Positions 23,538-36,228 of a DNA stretch of 64,000 nt are shown here, piece after piece. Position 1 is the first letter of the stretch; every line of letters begins with the position of its first letter. The DNA lies in the NCBI RefSeq assembly GCF_028641065.1, contig NC_073387.1:21700001-21764000 (forward strand). The letters run 5' to 3'. The notes beneath the pieces are model-generated. The model was not told where the DNA came from and did not search any database. It saw only the letters and a program-made list of their open reading frames with translations. The position numbers and the translations under genes were made by a program. Source of the DNA: Leucoraja erinacea (Eukaryota).

Positions 23538-25937
23538 CTACTTAAATGCTAAATCATCCGTGCTGATGTCATTTAGTGGCAATGTCGGATGGCAAGTCGA
23601 TAGAAACAGGAAATCGCTCTTGGACGATTCCGGCGCTAATCGAACCGTATATTGATAAGGATCTGAATTAGCCTGCACCTGCCCAGCTCTATAATAATTT
23701 AGTGATTCATTTGGGACAGGTCTTCCCTGAAATGCGACATCGGAATTTCTCCGCATACAGCAACAATACGTTGCAGAGCTCTGGTAAATAGCATTACTCC
23801 GATCTTGTTTGCATTTGAAGACCACCAATAAGATGATTATTACGAGAAACAAGAGGCTGGTTGATCCTAGAATTAATATTAAATATGTATTGAGATCCGG
23901 AAAATGTTCCACATTTTTCTGTTGAATTGTACGCTCCGAAGGGCTTTCGGTACTGTTCGCAGTGATTGATAAACTGATTGTAACTGTGTTTGAAAGACTT
24001 GGTTGACCATTGTCCTTCACTAAGACCACAATTTTCTGTGTGGGGCCATCGCCTTCTGTGAAAGTTCGGGTTGTTCTGATTTCTCCATTGTGAAGACCCA
24101 TGGTGAAAAGATTGCGATCAGTGGCCTCTGTAATCTCATAGGAAAGCCGCGCGTTCTGCCCTGAATCTTCGTCGTTTGCGACTACTTTGGTGACTAAGTA
24201 GTTTGGATATATAGAGCGCGGTACAGCGGCGAAAGCCGCGGTACCGTTCCACGTGGCTGGCGAAATTATAAAAGGAATATTGTCGTTTTGATCCAAGATA
24301 ATAACTCTCACAATAGCAGTGCTGCTTAGTGACGGGGATCCAGCATCACGAGCTAAAATTGTTATTTGGAAATTCTTCGTTTGTTCATAGTCAAAAGAAC
24401 GCAGAGCAAATATGCTCCCGCGTTGCGAATTTATTGCAAAGTTGGAAGCGTCGCGTACGTTTTCGAGTTTGTCATCCAGAATAGAATAGGCCACGTTTCC
24501 ATTATCGTCCAGATCAGGATCCACAGCGGTAACCGAAGAAACAGAACCGCCCGGAAAATTGTTCTCCATTAAATATATGTCGTATGAAGATTTGGAGAAA
24601 CGTGGGACGTTATCATTTATATCAGATACTGAAACTGTGATGGTTTCAATTGTAGTAAGTGAAGGCGAGCCAGCATCGCGTGCTGAAATGGATATGTTAT
24701 ACTCTGAGATTGTTTCACGGTCAAGTTTCTTGCTGGTCATAATTTTGTAGTGATTAGGCAAAGTCGGTTCCATCTTAAATGGAATATTGACTGGAATTTG
24801 GCACTGAACGAGCCCGTTTTCTCCAGAATCCCTATCGGTTACTTCAAAAACAGCAATTACAGTGTCTGTTACTGCATCCTCTAGTACCACTTTCCTTGCT
24901 GAAGTCAGCTTAATGTCGGGAGCATTATCATTCACATCAACGATACTAACCAGAACTTTAGCATGTCCCACGTTTGGCAGGTTGTCCACAGCTTGTACAT
25001 CAAGTTCATATTCATATGCCGTTTCAAAATCCAATAAACCTGCAACTTTGATCTCGCCCGTTTCAGCATCCAAATTGAACAACGTCCGTACTTTTTGTGA
25101 GGCGTAATTACCAAAAGAATATTTGAACTCTGCGTTAGAACCTTCGTCTAAATCAATTGCGTGTACTTTTATCAGCAGTGTGCCTACGGGTACATTTTCT
25201 AATACGGTAATCTTATATATGCTTTGATCGAATGCAGGTGCATTGTCATTTATGTCTGTAACAATAATAAATATCTTTGTAGTACCGGACCTGTGCGGGA
25301 TCCCACCATCTTCAGCCGTCAATACTAATTCAAAAGACGGATGTTTTTCGCGGTCTAAGGATTTCTCTAAAAATAGATCCACGATTTTACTTCCATCTTT
25401 TCTTGTATGAACTTTAATGCTGAAAAAATCATTAAGGCTCAGGTGGTATTTAGCGACAGAGTTTAAACCAACGTCCGGGTCGTGCGCGCTCTCGAGAGGG
25501 AAGCGCGCTCCCGGTGCAAGTAATTCAGACAGTTGCAAAGAAATGACGTCGGCTGTGAACATCGGCGAATTGTCGTTTATATCTAATATCTCCACCTCCG
25601 CTGGAAAAATGACATCAGGTTTTTCCACCGCGAGATCCAACGAAATGGAGCATGTCGATGCTTCCATGCAAAACTGTTCTCTGTCGATTCTCTCGTTGAC
25701 AGATAAAATTCCGGTCTGTGTATTTACCGCGAAATAATGGTTCATGTCACGAGGAAGCAGTTGCAGTCTTCGGACTAATAATTCACGAACATTTATCCCC
25801 AAATCCTCAGCAATGTTTCCGACAAAGGCACCGATCTCCAGTTCTTCGGGAATAGAGTATTTTGTTTGTCCGCAAACCAAACCGGTGAGACGAAGTAACA
25901 ATACAACACAGAGTGCTGTGCAGTCCACGTTCGCCAT
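23538..25937 (-). CDS. Clustered protocadherin exon C (intact, ends in a stop codon)
   Basis: 799-aa ORF. QTKYSIPEE, CMEASTC, six cadherin repeats, TM (YLILILGS...VVFKC), cytoplasmic YCCC and SSKSDFLFL; upstream CSE. Confidence 0.95.
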   Translation of the reverse strand: MANVDCTALCVVLLLRLTGLVCGQTKYSIPEELEIGAFVGNIAEDLGINVRELLVRRLQLLPRDMNHYFAVNTQTGILSVNERIDREQFCMEASTCSISLDLAVEKPDVIFPAEVEILDINDNSPMFTADVISLQLSELLAPGARFPLESAHDPDVGLNSVAKYHLSLNDFFSIKVHTRKDGSKIVDLFLEKSLDREKHPSFELVLTAEDGGIPHRSGTTKIFIIVTDINDNAPAFDQSIYKITVLENVPVGTLLIKVHAIDLDEGSNAEFKYSFGNYASQKVRTLFNLDAETGEIKVAGLLDFETAYEYELDVQAVDNLPNVGHAKVLVSIVDVNDNAPDIKLTSARKVVLEDAVTDTVIAVFEVTDRDSGENGLVQCQIPVNIPFKMEPTLPNHYKIMTSKKLDRETISEYNISISARDAGSPSLTTIETITVSVSDINDNVPRFSKSSYDIYLMENNFPGGSVSSVTAVDPDLDDNGNVAYSILDDKLENVRDASNFAINSQRGSIFALRSFDYEQTKNFQITILARDAGSPSLSSTAIVRVIILDQNDNIPFIISPATWNGTAAFAAVPRSIYPNYLVTKVVANDEDSGQNARLSYEITEATDRNLFTMGLHNGEIRTTRTFTEGDGPTQKIVVLVKDNGQPSLSNTVTISLSITANSTESPSERTIQQKNVEHFPDLNTYLILILGSTSLLFLVIIILLVVFKCKQDRSNAIYQSSATYCCCMRRNSDVAFQGRPVPNESLNYYRAGQVQANSDPYQYTVRLAPESSKSDFLFLSTCHPTLPLNDISTDDLAFK

Positions 25938-26186
25938 TGCGAGAGTGTATGTATTTTACTGATATCCGAATCGGAAACACACGATTTGTTCACCGAGTTA
26001 GGCCAGTACGAGGATCTGCTATAAATATATTAACTCTGAACACAAAAGCAAATTAAAAAAAACCTCACCCAATTTAACTGATCACAGCTGTATGCTGTAA
26101 ACGCAGTCACCGCGTCTCTTTGCCGGAGATTCATTCTGTGTTTGATAATTATGGCGGAGGGTCGATCCCTCGCAGCGTCATAGCTT

Positions 26187-26231
26187 CTTATTGGCGGACA
26201 GCGAAACAAAGAGACACATCCACTGACTACA
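26187..26231 (-). promoter_or_regulatory. Pcdh promoter CSE of exon C
   Basis: TGTAGT...CTCTTTGTTTCGCTGTCCGCCAATAAG, about 263 bp upstream of the ATG. Confidence 0.82.
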
Positions 26232-26844
26232 TCGTGGTTTTCTTAAAGCAGATTTTCCTTCACATATTTAAAGGTGTTCAATTAAAAAGGAAGGGTTTTC
26301 ATAAATTACTTTCGCAAAAGCACATTAGATAAAATAAAAAGCAGATCAATTATTAGGTACAGCTGTAACATAATTTCCATCTAAAAATGTCACCATTGAC
26401 GTTTATTCAACTAATTGGTTTGAAAATTGTTCTTCATGATTAATACATATAAAACATTCAAAACTAAAATGATCCCATAAGTCGAACCGAAACGTTGCCA
26501 TCTGCGGAAAATCACGTTACTTCCATCGGTATAAAAACGTCGGTTTCATATTTTTCCTGAAGGCATTGTTCAGTTCCATCGTACAGAATGAAAGAATCTC
26601 TACCGGAGAAATGGCCGTCAATAACAACAATGAAAAACAATGTGTAATAACCTCACGCAAGTTGAACACATCACCTTTCGCAGTTTGCATAATGTCATAT
26701 CTTGCTTATATTAACACTACCATATTACACTGCTCGCCGCAGGTTACATGCGCCATAACTCCCATTTGGACTAGCAGAAGGATTCACTATTCGGTCGAAT
26801 TTTATTGATGACGAAATAAATCCGTATTCAACACATGGCGTTCT

Positions 26845-26875
<31 letters not shown>

Positions 26876-26935
26876 GGTGTGTGTGTGTGTGGGATTATGT
26901 AGTATGTCGTTTGTGGTGTGTGCGTGTATGTGTGC
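26845..26935. repeat. Compound (GA)n/(GT)n microsatellite
   Basis: Dinucleotide runs seen directly. Confidence 0.85.
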
Positions 26936-28559
26936 TATAGAGAAATCACCACGTGAGCATGGTTTAGACTCTCAGAACGCATAAATGTCCGTTTTTCTTT
27001 CACATCGCTGAAGAGCCCTGCAGGTAATCAGCGCTGGAAAATAATAAAAAAAACATAATTGATTTAAATGTTTACACCGTTATTGCATCCGGTTTAATAA
27101 ATACTGAATATAATTAATGGAAGCAGAAGTGCGACATTTTGTTTTATAACTATAATGATCGTGCGTAATTTTGGAATCAGTTATTCGGAATGGATTCATT
27201 ACGCAGTTACATTATTTTACTTTCTTTGCCTTGAACACAAATTGATTCGGGGAAATCATCATCTATGCAGACAGAGCTGCCCTCTGCTGGAAATGCAGGA
27301 GCTTTGTTGCATTCTGTATATAAAGGGCAATATTGGTAATCTGATAGATGATTATCCCCATGTAACGTAGAGACAGTACACAAACATGTCTTTCGCAGCA
27401 GGAACAGTTCTCCGCGCGTCTGGGTAATAAACGTAACAAATGCATGACTGTATAGTTTACTAATGTTTTTTTTATTTCATTATCTAACATAAATATATTG
27501 TAACTGTGAGTTCTCAATATTATAGCAGATTACTGGGAAGTGTTATCTATATCTCTTATATCAAGCATTGTATTTTTTAAACGAAGGAAAATACTCACGA
27601 GGCTAACTCATTTAGAGTTCCCTCTCCCTACGAATCTACCAGTATGAATGGATACAATGTGGGCAATTTCAAGCAACCCCGGTGATCATTGGTGATGATC
27701 AATTAAAATCTCACGATATTTTATTTTTTTTCGTAAATCCGAGAATGTTGGTATTACTATTTACCACAGCTGTGTTCTCTTCTGTGTTGTTCCGATTTCC
27801 GGAACTCTTCGACGTTCAATTGAGATGGGAGGTTGTACAATCGTATACAATTACGAATTCCACCCAACCCATTTTGCACCATTCATAGCACCCTCTATCA
27901 ATTTTAGTTCAATTCACTCCATCAACGTGCTCTTTAACTCTATACACACAAATAGCTTCGTCTTCAATGAATTAATAAAAATCCATTGCAACATTCCATA
28001 GAAATGTTACCAGATATTTACCTGGTCTACCTCCTTGATGCCTGTAGCATTGTTTTCATACGCAAACAATGCATACTAGTATTGTCCATTCGTGATTTAA
28101 CATGTATTTAAACCAGAGACTTACCACTCACAGTTGGAAAACTGTTATTGCCAAAACATGAGGTCATGCGTAACTGACATCCAAGCATCAATAAACGGCG
28201 TTGACCAGCTAATACATAAGCAACAGACTATCGAATGTAAAATGACCCGATGAATAATACATTCAAATGAGAACAGGGGAACTGTATTAGAAGAACAATA
28301 CCGCTCTGTGGTTGAATCATAAAACATTTATGATCCAGAACAAAAAGCGTACATTACCATATCATCCAGGTTTCCACAAATCTCTTCTGGTCTAAAATGT
28401 TTCCAGAAATCTATTCTGGTCTAAATCTCTTCCCGTCTAAAGCTGAAAATGTCAATGGTGTCATGCGTATGTTAACAGGGATATATTAAGTGCTGTGCGA
28501 TTAGCCTGGAAGAGGTCCGCTGGTTAATGCGAACACTAGCAATTACATGTTTCGTTCAA

Positions 28560-29030
28560 GTCGATTTAGTTACGATCTCGCTCGGAGAGGGAAGGTGGCC
28601 GATCCCGGCCGTTGTTCACCCAATGGATCGGGAATCTGAGAGTCAGTGGAAGGAGACGTCGACGGAGGCGGACGCCGGACAAGGGGCCCGGAAAAAAGGG
28701 CCAGGAAAGGGGGGATACCTTCCGCGCCCTCGAGATTGGCTGCGGGAGGCGCCCACCGGGGAACGAGGACTGAAGGGGGGCAGGCGTAAAGAGGGACCAT
28801 CGAAATAGAAGCGACGGGACCAACGGGATTTGTGGCCAGCTGCACCTGGGACTGTCAAATGGCGCCACATTGGCGACTCTTGCAAATGGGCTCAGTGGGC
28901 TGTTCTGGTCATACTGTACTGGCTTGGCGAATACGCTTATCTGCGGAGATAGTTTTGTTGAGCTGTATGCAAAAAATGTAATCCACTCGATCTGATACAC
29001 GTGACATTAAAGAAAACAATGAAACAATTG
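28560..29030 (+). mobile_element. GC-rich non-coding retroelement fragment with TGACATTAAAG + short-repeat tail
   Basis: Sharp GC-rich island ending in GTGACATTAAAGAAAACAATGAAACAAT, resembling the 3' ends at 41045 and 42860. Confidence 0.5.
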
Positions 29031-30940
29031 TAACCACTGTCAGCTGAAAACACACATGTTTGAAAAGGATCAATTTGTTTTCATGTATTCATGTCCATGA
29101 TCCACGCATTTCTAATCCGCAGCAAACTTAGGCTGCCCATCACTTCTGTTCTTAGCCTCTGCCCAAAGAACTTGTCCAACTATTGACTGACACTATTAAG
29201 TTAAGGAAAATAGTTATTTATTGATTCGATGCAAGTAATGATTAATGTCTTATTGTGTTTATGTTCTAGATGATGTGCACAGTTTCTATTGCCTTTCTCT
29301 TGAAAACTGAATATGCCACTTTGTCCTCAGTCTACGTCACCATTGGCTTAGGAGGGAATCGTAGAAACTTGGATAAGGTGCCATTGTAGCATTTGGGCCG
29401 AGCTTCTCTTGTAGGCTCAGATATAATTGAATAATTTGGGTTTATCTTGACTTCGCCGTTGAATTATCGTGCCCTCCTTTTGCTGCATCATATCCACGTT
29501 TCTTTTGCTCGCCGAAACTGCCCCTGGTCTTTGAATTATAAAAATAGGGCCGGATAGCAAATTCCACAACTGTTACTAACTTCATTTTTACGCACGACTA
29601 CAACAACATAGAATGTGGGAGAAAATATTGCAGTTACACGAATGCTGAAACCGAGCACAGATGCCACCTCAAATCAGAATTGAAATGCCGAAATAGCAAT
29701 CCAGGAATTCACATTCACTTCCTTAATTAGGCTGTGTCATTTTCCTTTCGTTTAAAAGTACAGTTTAAGCTATAATAAATAGCAAACTCCAGCTTATTGT
29801 TCGCAAATGCCACTCAAAAAGGAAATCGTCCAACCTTATGGTTATGTCTGTGTGAAATTGGAATAAAGTCGGTTAACGCTTAATAAACTCTGATCAATTA
29901 ATAGCGACAAATCCGTTAAGTTGTTGCACAATAATTATGAAACTGGACAACTGAGATTTTTCAAAATTTTCGCAGTGCACCATTATTTCCAATGTTCATT
30001 CACTGCATTTGGGGACCGAAGTCCTATTGGGAGAGATATAACGTAGATTGGACCAGGAACAATCGGGCATTCTCATACACACAAAATTATTTAGGTCAGC
30101 AAATATCCCTTTCCCATCCCATCCCATTCTCAAACATTCCTGATTAAAGTGGAAGCAAAGTGTACCACTGATGAATCAAAGTGATACACACTGAAGAAGG
30201 ATGCTTATGGTCCCTGCAAAGTCCACGTTCGTTAACTAAACCCGCAAAAATGAACAAAGAACGTTCGTGCATAACTGATGAAAGGACGCCTCATAAATGA
30301 ATGTCTTAATATTCAAGTGAAGTATGTAGGTGGGACAATATATGGTCTGATTTTGGGTATATGAGTAAAAATGTATTATTTCAGCCATATGATACTTGCT
30401 GAGAGTGCATACAGTGATTATGTGCAATGCTCTGGTATCGTGGGTTCTAGGTATGGTGGGTTTTCTGTAGGAGGAGAGATTTAAATTATTTGACTTATCT
30501 TCACTAGTTATCTGGTCTCTTTGAAAATTAATAATACTTAATGTATTGAATATCCAAAGTATTTAGAACCGGAGGTATAATTTCGAAATGGGGGCTGGTC
30601 AATTTGGGCGATGATGAGTAAACGTAGCTTCATTCACATGGTGTGAAACTTTGGAATTCGGCATGGAGAGGGCTGTGCATGGTCTCATTGGGTTAATTCC
30701 AAACCAAGTTGGCGGTTTTTCCGATATTAATGATATGGTGATACGCGGAGAAAATGCAGACATATAAAAGATCAACCATGATGCCATAAATAGTGGAGTG
30801 GCAACGAGGGGCCAATGGTCCAGTCGTGCTCCCTCTTTTAAAATCTATTATTATAATATCATGGGGTCAAGGAAAGAGCGTTCACGTCGCGGCCCCGTTT
30901 CCACCAACCTTTCCACCACCACGCACAAGAAGCACAATAA

Positions 30941-31820
30941 TAGGAGGGTTGCATGTAAGGTCACTGGGTCATAGGGCTCGACGCACGGAGCCGCTAAATC
31001 CAACTGGAAGACATCCGTCACTTCCGGTATATGTTATTAATGCTAGAAACGCGTACATTCCTACCTGTTAAAAACCGCCAAAATGTTGAATATTTGCGCT
31101 GAAATGAATTGTGGGAGTCGGGGTAAGTGTGCGAGACATGTACCCAACTTTAGAATTCCAAAGGTGAAGCGAAATGAAGGTATAGAGAAGCGAGAACTGA
31201 AGGGACTACAGCAGCTAAAGTGCTTGGTAACATTGAAAATATTGGAAATTATCGCGTTTGCTCACTGCATTTCATCAACAGTAAGGCATTGTTTGTGTTT
31301 TTTCTTGATTCCTTTGATATCTAAAAATTCTCAGAAGTGATAAATCTGGCTGTAAATTTTTCTTCAAATGCGTTTTCATTTTGTATGTAAAAACCCACTT
31401 GGGAACCATGGGCGATTTAAAAAAATTACAGCGAGGTTTATCACTTCTGAAACTTTTTAGATGCCAAAGTATTAAAACAAACCCACAAATAATGCCTTAG
31501 TTGATGAAATGCAGTGAGCAAACGGCCAATGTTCGCTAAGCACTGTGGCTGTTGTTGTCCCTTGAGCTCTAGCTTCTATCTACCGTCATTTCTCCTCACC
31601 TTTGGAATTGTGAAGTAGGCTAAATGTCTCACACGCTTATCCCGATTTCTTTAATTATTTATAGCGCAAAAATTGACAATTTTGGCGGGGTTTAACGAGC
31701 CCGCTACGTTTGAAACAATGGTAAGTGCCTACCTGCAGCACATCGCGTGTAATCCATTTGGAGTAGCGTAGCAACAGTACGGGTCATGGGTCGTGACCCG
31801 ACTGCCGTGAAACCTCCCTA
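30941..31820. mobile_element. Palindromic non-autonomous DNA transposon (MITE-like)
   Basis: Long inverted arms 31067-31361 / 31419-31696; imperfect ~15-bp termini TAGGAGGGTTGCATG / CGTGAAACCTCCCTA with TA at both ends; no coding capacity. Confidence 0.75.
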
Positions 31821-32178
31821 TACACAATTGTATGCAGATACCGAGAAGTGTGTTCAGCTCTTACTGAACAACTTCTAATCTTGTGTGTGGACTCGATAAG
31901 GAGAAGATTATAAGAACATGTTGTTACTTTGGTAAGATAGCTAAGTTGCAAATGTTTTTCTTGCATCAAGGACAATTTGAGGGTATTTGTGTGAGCATTT
32001 AGTTTCAAATCAAAATAGGGCATACCGATGAATAATTTCCAGCGGGTGGACTGGTGTAGAGAAGCGGCTGCGCTTCCAAGTTCACAGTTCTCCAGCATCA
32101 CATGTAGGTAAAGTGGCATCATGGATAGGTGAAGTTGTAAGGAAGGTGTGTGGTCTGCTTACATTCATCGGTCGATGC

Positions 32179-33750
32179 ACCATCAACCTTGCCAAGTGTC
32201 AGTTCGACCTTACTTCTATCAACTTCCTCAGCTACCACATCAACCAGCATAGAGCACTCCCACTCCCAACCAAGGTCGATGCCATCCGCAAGTGTGCCAA
32301 ACTCTCTACTGTGAAAGGACTCCAAGAATTTGTTGGCATGGTCAACTTGCACAAGCACTTCGTGCCAGCAGCTGCCAGGATTATGCAACCGCTGTTCAAG
32401 GCCCTGACCAAAGAGGCAAAATAGATCATTTGGGATACGCGGCCACATCAGACAATGCCAAGGAGGCAATGGCAAAGGCAACGACGCTGGTACATCCATA
32501 GGCCAACGCACCAACAGCTCTCATGGTCAAAACATCTGGCACAGCCGTGGGCTGAGTGCTTCAACAACTGATCAATGGTAGCTGGAAGCCCTTCCCCTTT
32601 TCAGTCGTCACCTGAGACCCCCCAGTAGAAATACAGCGCTTTCGACCGGAAACTCCTCGCTCTCAACCTGGACATCCGGCATTTCCGCTACTTCCTCGAG
32701 GGCAGAGATTTCACAACTTTCACCGACCACAAACCACCCACGTTTGCCTTTTCCAAAGTGTCTGATCCTTGGCCAGCCCGACAGCAGCGCCACCTGACCT
32801 ATATCTTTGAATACACGACTTGCGTCCAGCACATCGCAGGCAAGAGCAACCATGTCGCAGATGCATTTTCCCACATTGTCCCACATCCACGCTGTGGCCA
32901 CAGGTATCGACTACACGGCCGTGGCTGCCGCCCAGCGTGAGGTGGAACATATGATCACCTACAGCACCGCCACCTCAGTCCTACTGTTGGAGGATGTGCA
33001 ATTCCGGCCCGATGACACCACACTCACCTGTGACGTGTCTATGGGGCAGCAAAAACCCATCATCCCCGCTGCTTGGCGCCGCCGGATGTTCGACATGATT
33101 CATGGCCCAGCTCACCCTTCCATCAAAGGCACTGATGGCAGCCAAGTTCATGTGACACGGGTTGCGTAAACAGGTCGGCAACTGGGACAGAGCGTGCATC
33201 CCCTGTCAAATCTCCAAAATTCAGCGACACATCAAGGAGCCGCTGCAGAACTTTGCCCTGACACACCGGCGTTTAGACCACATCCACGTCGACATCGTTG
33301 GATCACTGCCCCCCATCCACAGGTGTCATCCACCTCGTCACCATCGTGGACAGATTCGCGAGATAGCCGGAAACCATCACACTCTCGAATACCTCCACTG
33401 CGACGTGCACATGCTTTCACCGCCCACTGGATCGCCCGCTTTGGCGTGCCGGCGGACATCTCGGACAGACGTGCGCAGTTCATCTCCGAGATGTGGTCAG
33501 CAATGGCCCGGTAGCTCGACACTAAGCTGCACCGCATAACGGCCTACCACCCGCAAGAAAACGGTCTAGTGGAACGCATTCACCGGCACCTGAAGGCATC
33601 TCTCAATGCACGGCTCACAGGCCCAGACTGCATGGACGAATTGCCATGGGTCATGCTATGTATAGCACTGCCCCAAAGGAGGACCTGGCAACCTCTACGG
33701 CCGAGCTGGTGCACGGCGCCCGATTTACGGTCCCAGGGGCCTACATCCCA
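32179..33750 (+). mobile_element. Defective Gypsy/Ty3 pol fragment (RT end, RNase H, integrase)
   Basis: INLAKCQF...FLSYHI, KYSAFDRKLLAL, FTTFTDHKP, NHVADA, zinc finger H..H/CIPC, and DDE motifs HIHVDIVG, SDRRAQF, YHPQENGLVER; many stops and frameshifts. Confidence 0.9.
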
Positions 33751-34017
33751 TAACAGAAAATACATGGAATTGTGACCTGAAAACTCTTCAGAAAGCGACT
33801 GCAATAATTGAACTGTTTTCCCCATCGTGCTCTATAGTGTGGATTAAATAGAATGCCACTGGTTGCCTTGATGCAAAGGGTTCTTTGATCATTCCTATCA
33901 TTTATATCTGTATCCTTACTTTGTATTAATAATAAAAGAACATATTCAGAAAAGAAAAACTGATTATTTAAAGACTTGAAAACCTTTTTGTCCAGGCACC
34001 TAAACGTGCATGTGTAA

Positions 34018-34150
34018 TATGTAGGAAGGAAATACAGATGCTGGTTTAAACAGAAGATAAACACAAAATGCTGGAGTAACACAGCGGGACAGCAGCACTG
34101 TGGAGAGACGGAATGGGTGACGTCTCGGGTCAAAACCGTTCTTCAGACCG
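34018..34150 (-). repeat. Penelope-derived terminal-repeat fragment
   Basis: Minus strand GGTCTGAAGAACGGTTTTGACCCGAGACGTCACC...GTTACTCCAGCATTTTGTG. Confidence 0.7.
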
Positions 34151-35210
34151 GTCAGCCCGTCAGAAAATATAATGTCACCTTATATTTTCTAAGTTAATTT
34201 AACTTTCAAGCCAGAGTTATGGTGCGAGTTGTTGTTCTGCTGGACCTCCACAGGTTTGAATCTCCTATTTTTCTGTTGACGCTGGTAACTAGTAGTTGCA
34301 ATTGTCTTGCCCAAAGCCACAATGTAAAAAAACGCGCACTTTCTGCATCGGGTGCACTGATTAAAATCAGCATCCCTAGCCTTCCACATAGTTGTAACGG
34401 CGAGTAATATTTATTTCCTTCAAAAATTACGCACTGATTTCATTTTTACGCAATGATTTCATCAAATACCCACACTATGCTTCGGCATTGAAGAGAAACG
34501 CATATTTTTCTGGTTTGGGGTTTATCACACATTGTGCCATTGTATATTATCTAACATTAATAAGTGGGAAACTATGCTTATAAGCTATCATTTTTCACTG
34601 CATTCATAACCAAAAAGGAATATTCCACAGGAAATTAGTCACAAAGACTAAGATATAGAAAGCCATGGGCCCAACTCCTCCATGTCAACTAAGCCTTTCC
34701 AATACACTTGGTGTTCTGCAATTTCACATGGACCCAATCCAGTTAATGAATTTTCTAGACATTAACTTCTTTCATTCAAGGTTTTTAATTAAATCAGACC
34801 AATTCCGGAGCTCTTTGAGCCATGTGCCATGCAAAAATATGTTTTACTTCAATTTTTGTGCTTTCGGCCTCATTGATCGTTCTCAGCATTGCAGGTTTGC
34901 GGACGTTTTCAATTAAAGCGCACAATTAAATATCGGTTTATTATCATTCATGTTATCAATGATAATCTGAGATGTGATCAATCTATCAGTGGCAGCGAAA
35001 TTTCTCAACGGTGAATTTACATACTGTACATCTGATAATTAAAAACTAAAAATGCCAGGCTGCATCTGTGCGAAAACAAACCAAGCAGAGGCTGGGGAAT
35101 GATGGGTAGAACAAACGAAATATTATTGTGAGATTGAGCCTGGGGTGTCACCAAGATCAAGAGACACAAGCAACGGCAAGTTTACAACAAGAAGAAACAA
35201 AAAAACCACA

Positions 35211-35310
35211 GCGGCTGAAGAAGGGTCCGACCTGAAAGGTCACATATCCATGATGTACAGAGATGATCTACCCGCCCATCTGAGTTACTCCAGCACATAT
35301 TGTCCTTTTT
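35211..35310 (+). repeat. Penelope-derived terminal-repeat fragment
   Basis: GGCTGAAGAAGGGTCCGACCTGAAAGGTCAC...CTGAGTTACTCCAGCAC. Confidence 0.7.
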
Positions 35311-36228
35311 CACCAAGATCAATTATAGATTTTCACTGGATTTGTGAGAGAATACTTTACTTTTAAGTCGGAGAGGTAGAGTTCAGGAGAAAGGGCAATT
35401 CTAAAATCGGTGGCAGAAGGTGACTCCTGATAGGTTCGCGAGGGCCAATAGAGAAAAAAACATAATTGTTGGCTATTGGGAAACAACATAAACAATGGCT
35501 ATTGGAAAACTAAGACGAAGAGCGAAAGGTAGTATGTTGTGAAAATGGGAACAGATCGAAGAGTGGCAAATGAGGTAGGAACACCGAGAAAACATTACAG
35601 CAGAGCTGGCCAGGTCAAAAAACTAACGGGGGCGGGGAACGAGTGAGGATCAAATAATATGACATTATTTTGATTCGGTTTGCGGACTTCTTGCTTGTTT
35701 GCTCTCCTCAAACTGCACTTTAACAAATCACATACCATTCCCAAACAGCAGAATGATGTATGCAACCCGCACTTAGCGTTTGACACAATACTGGCAAAAA
35801 TAACACAGGTATTTTGGTGACCAGCAAATCGAATTTTGTCAGTTTTCACCTAGTCTTTTTTTATGAGTGGATTTAGAAATTGCAAACTTTAATCTATTGA
35901 GTAGAGTTTAGTTTATTGTCATGTGTACCGAGGTACAGAGAAAAGCTTTTGTTGCGTGCTAACCAGTCAGCGGAAATCTATAGGCGCAAGATACGTACTT
36001 GTAATAAATCGTGTCATGATTTGCAAATACGAGAGTTGAAATCAGCGTGGCGTATTACTGAGAAAACAATTGTCCCATGGATGATTGGATGAACATGCGG
36101 AGATTATGAAGCCTTCGAGCCTGTACTTGCTGGAGTTTTGAAGAATGGGCAGATTGGGGTTTGGGTCTCATTGACATTTACTGGATAATGAAAGGCCTAT
36201 ATAGAGTGGACGTGGAAAGGACGTTTTG

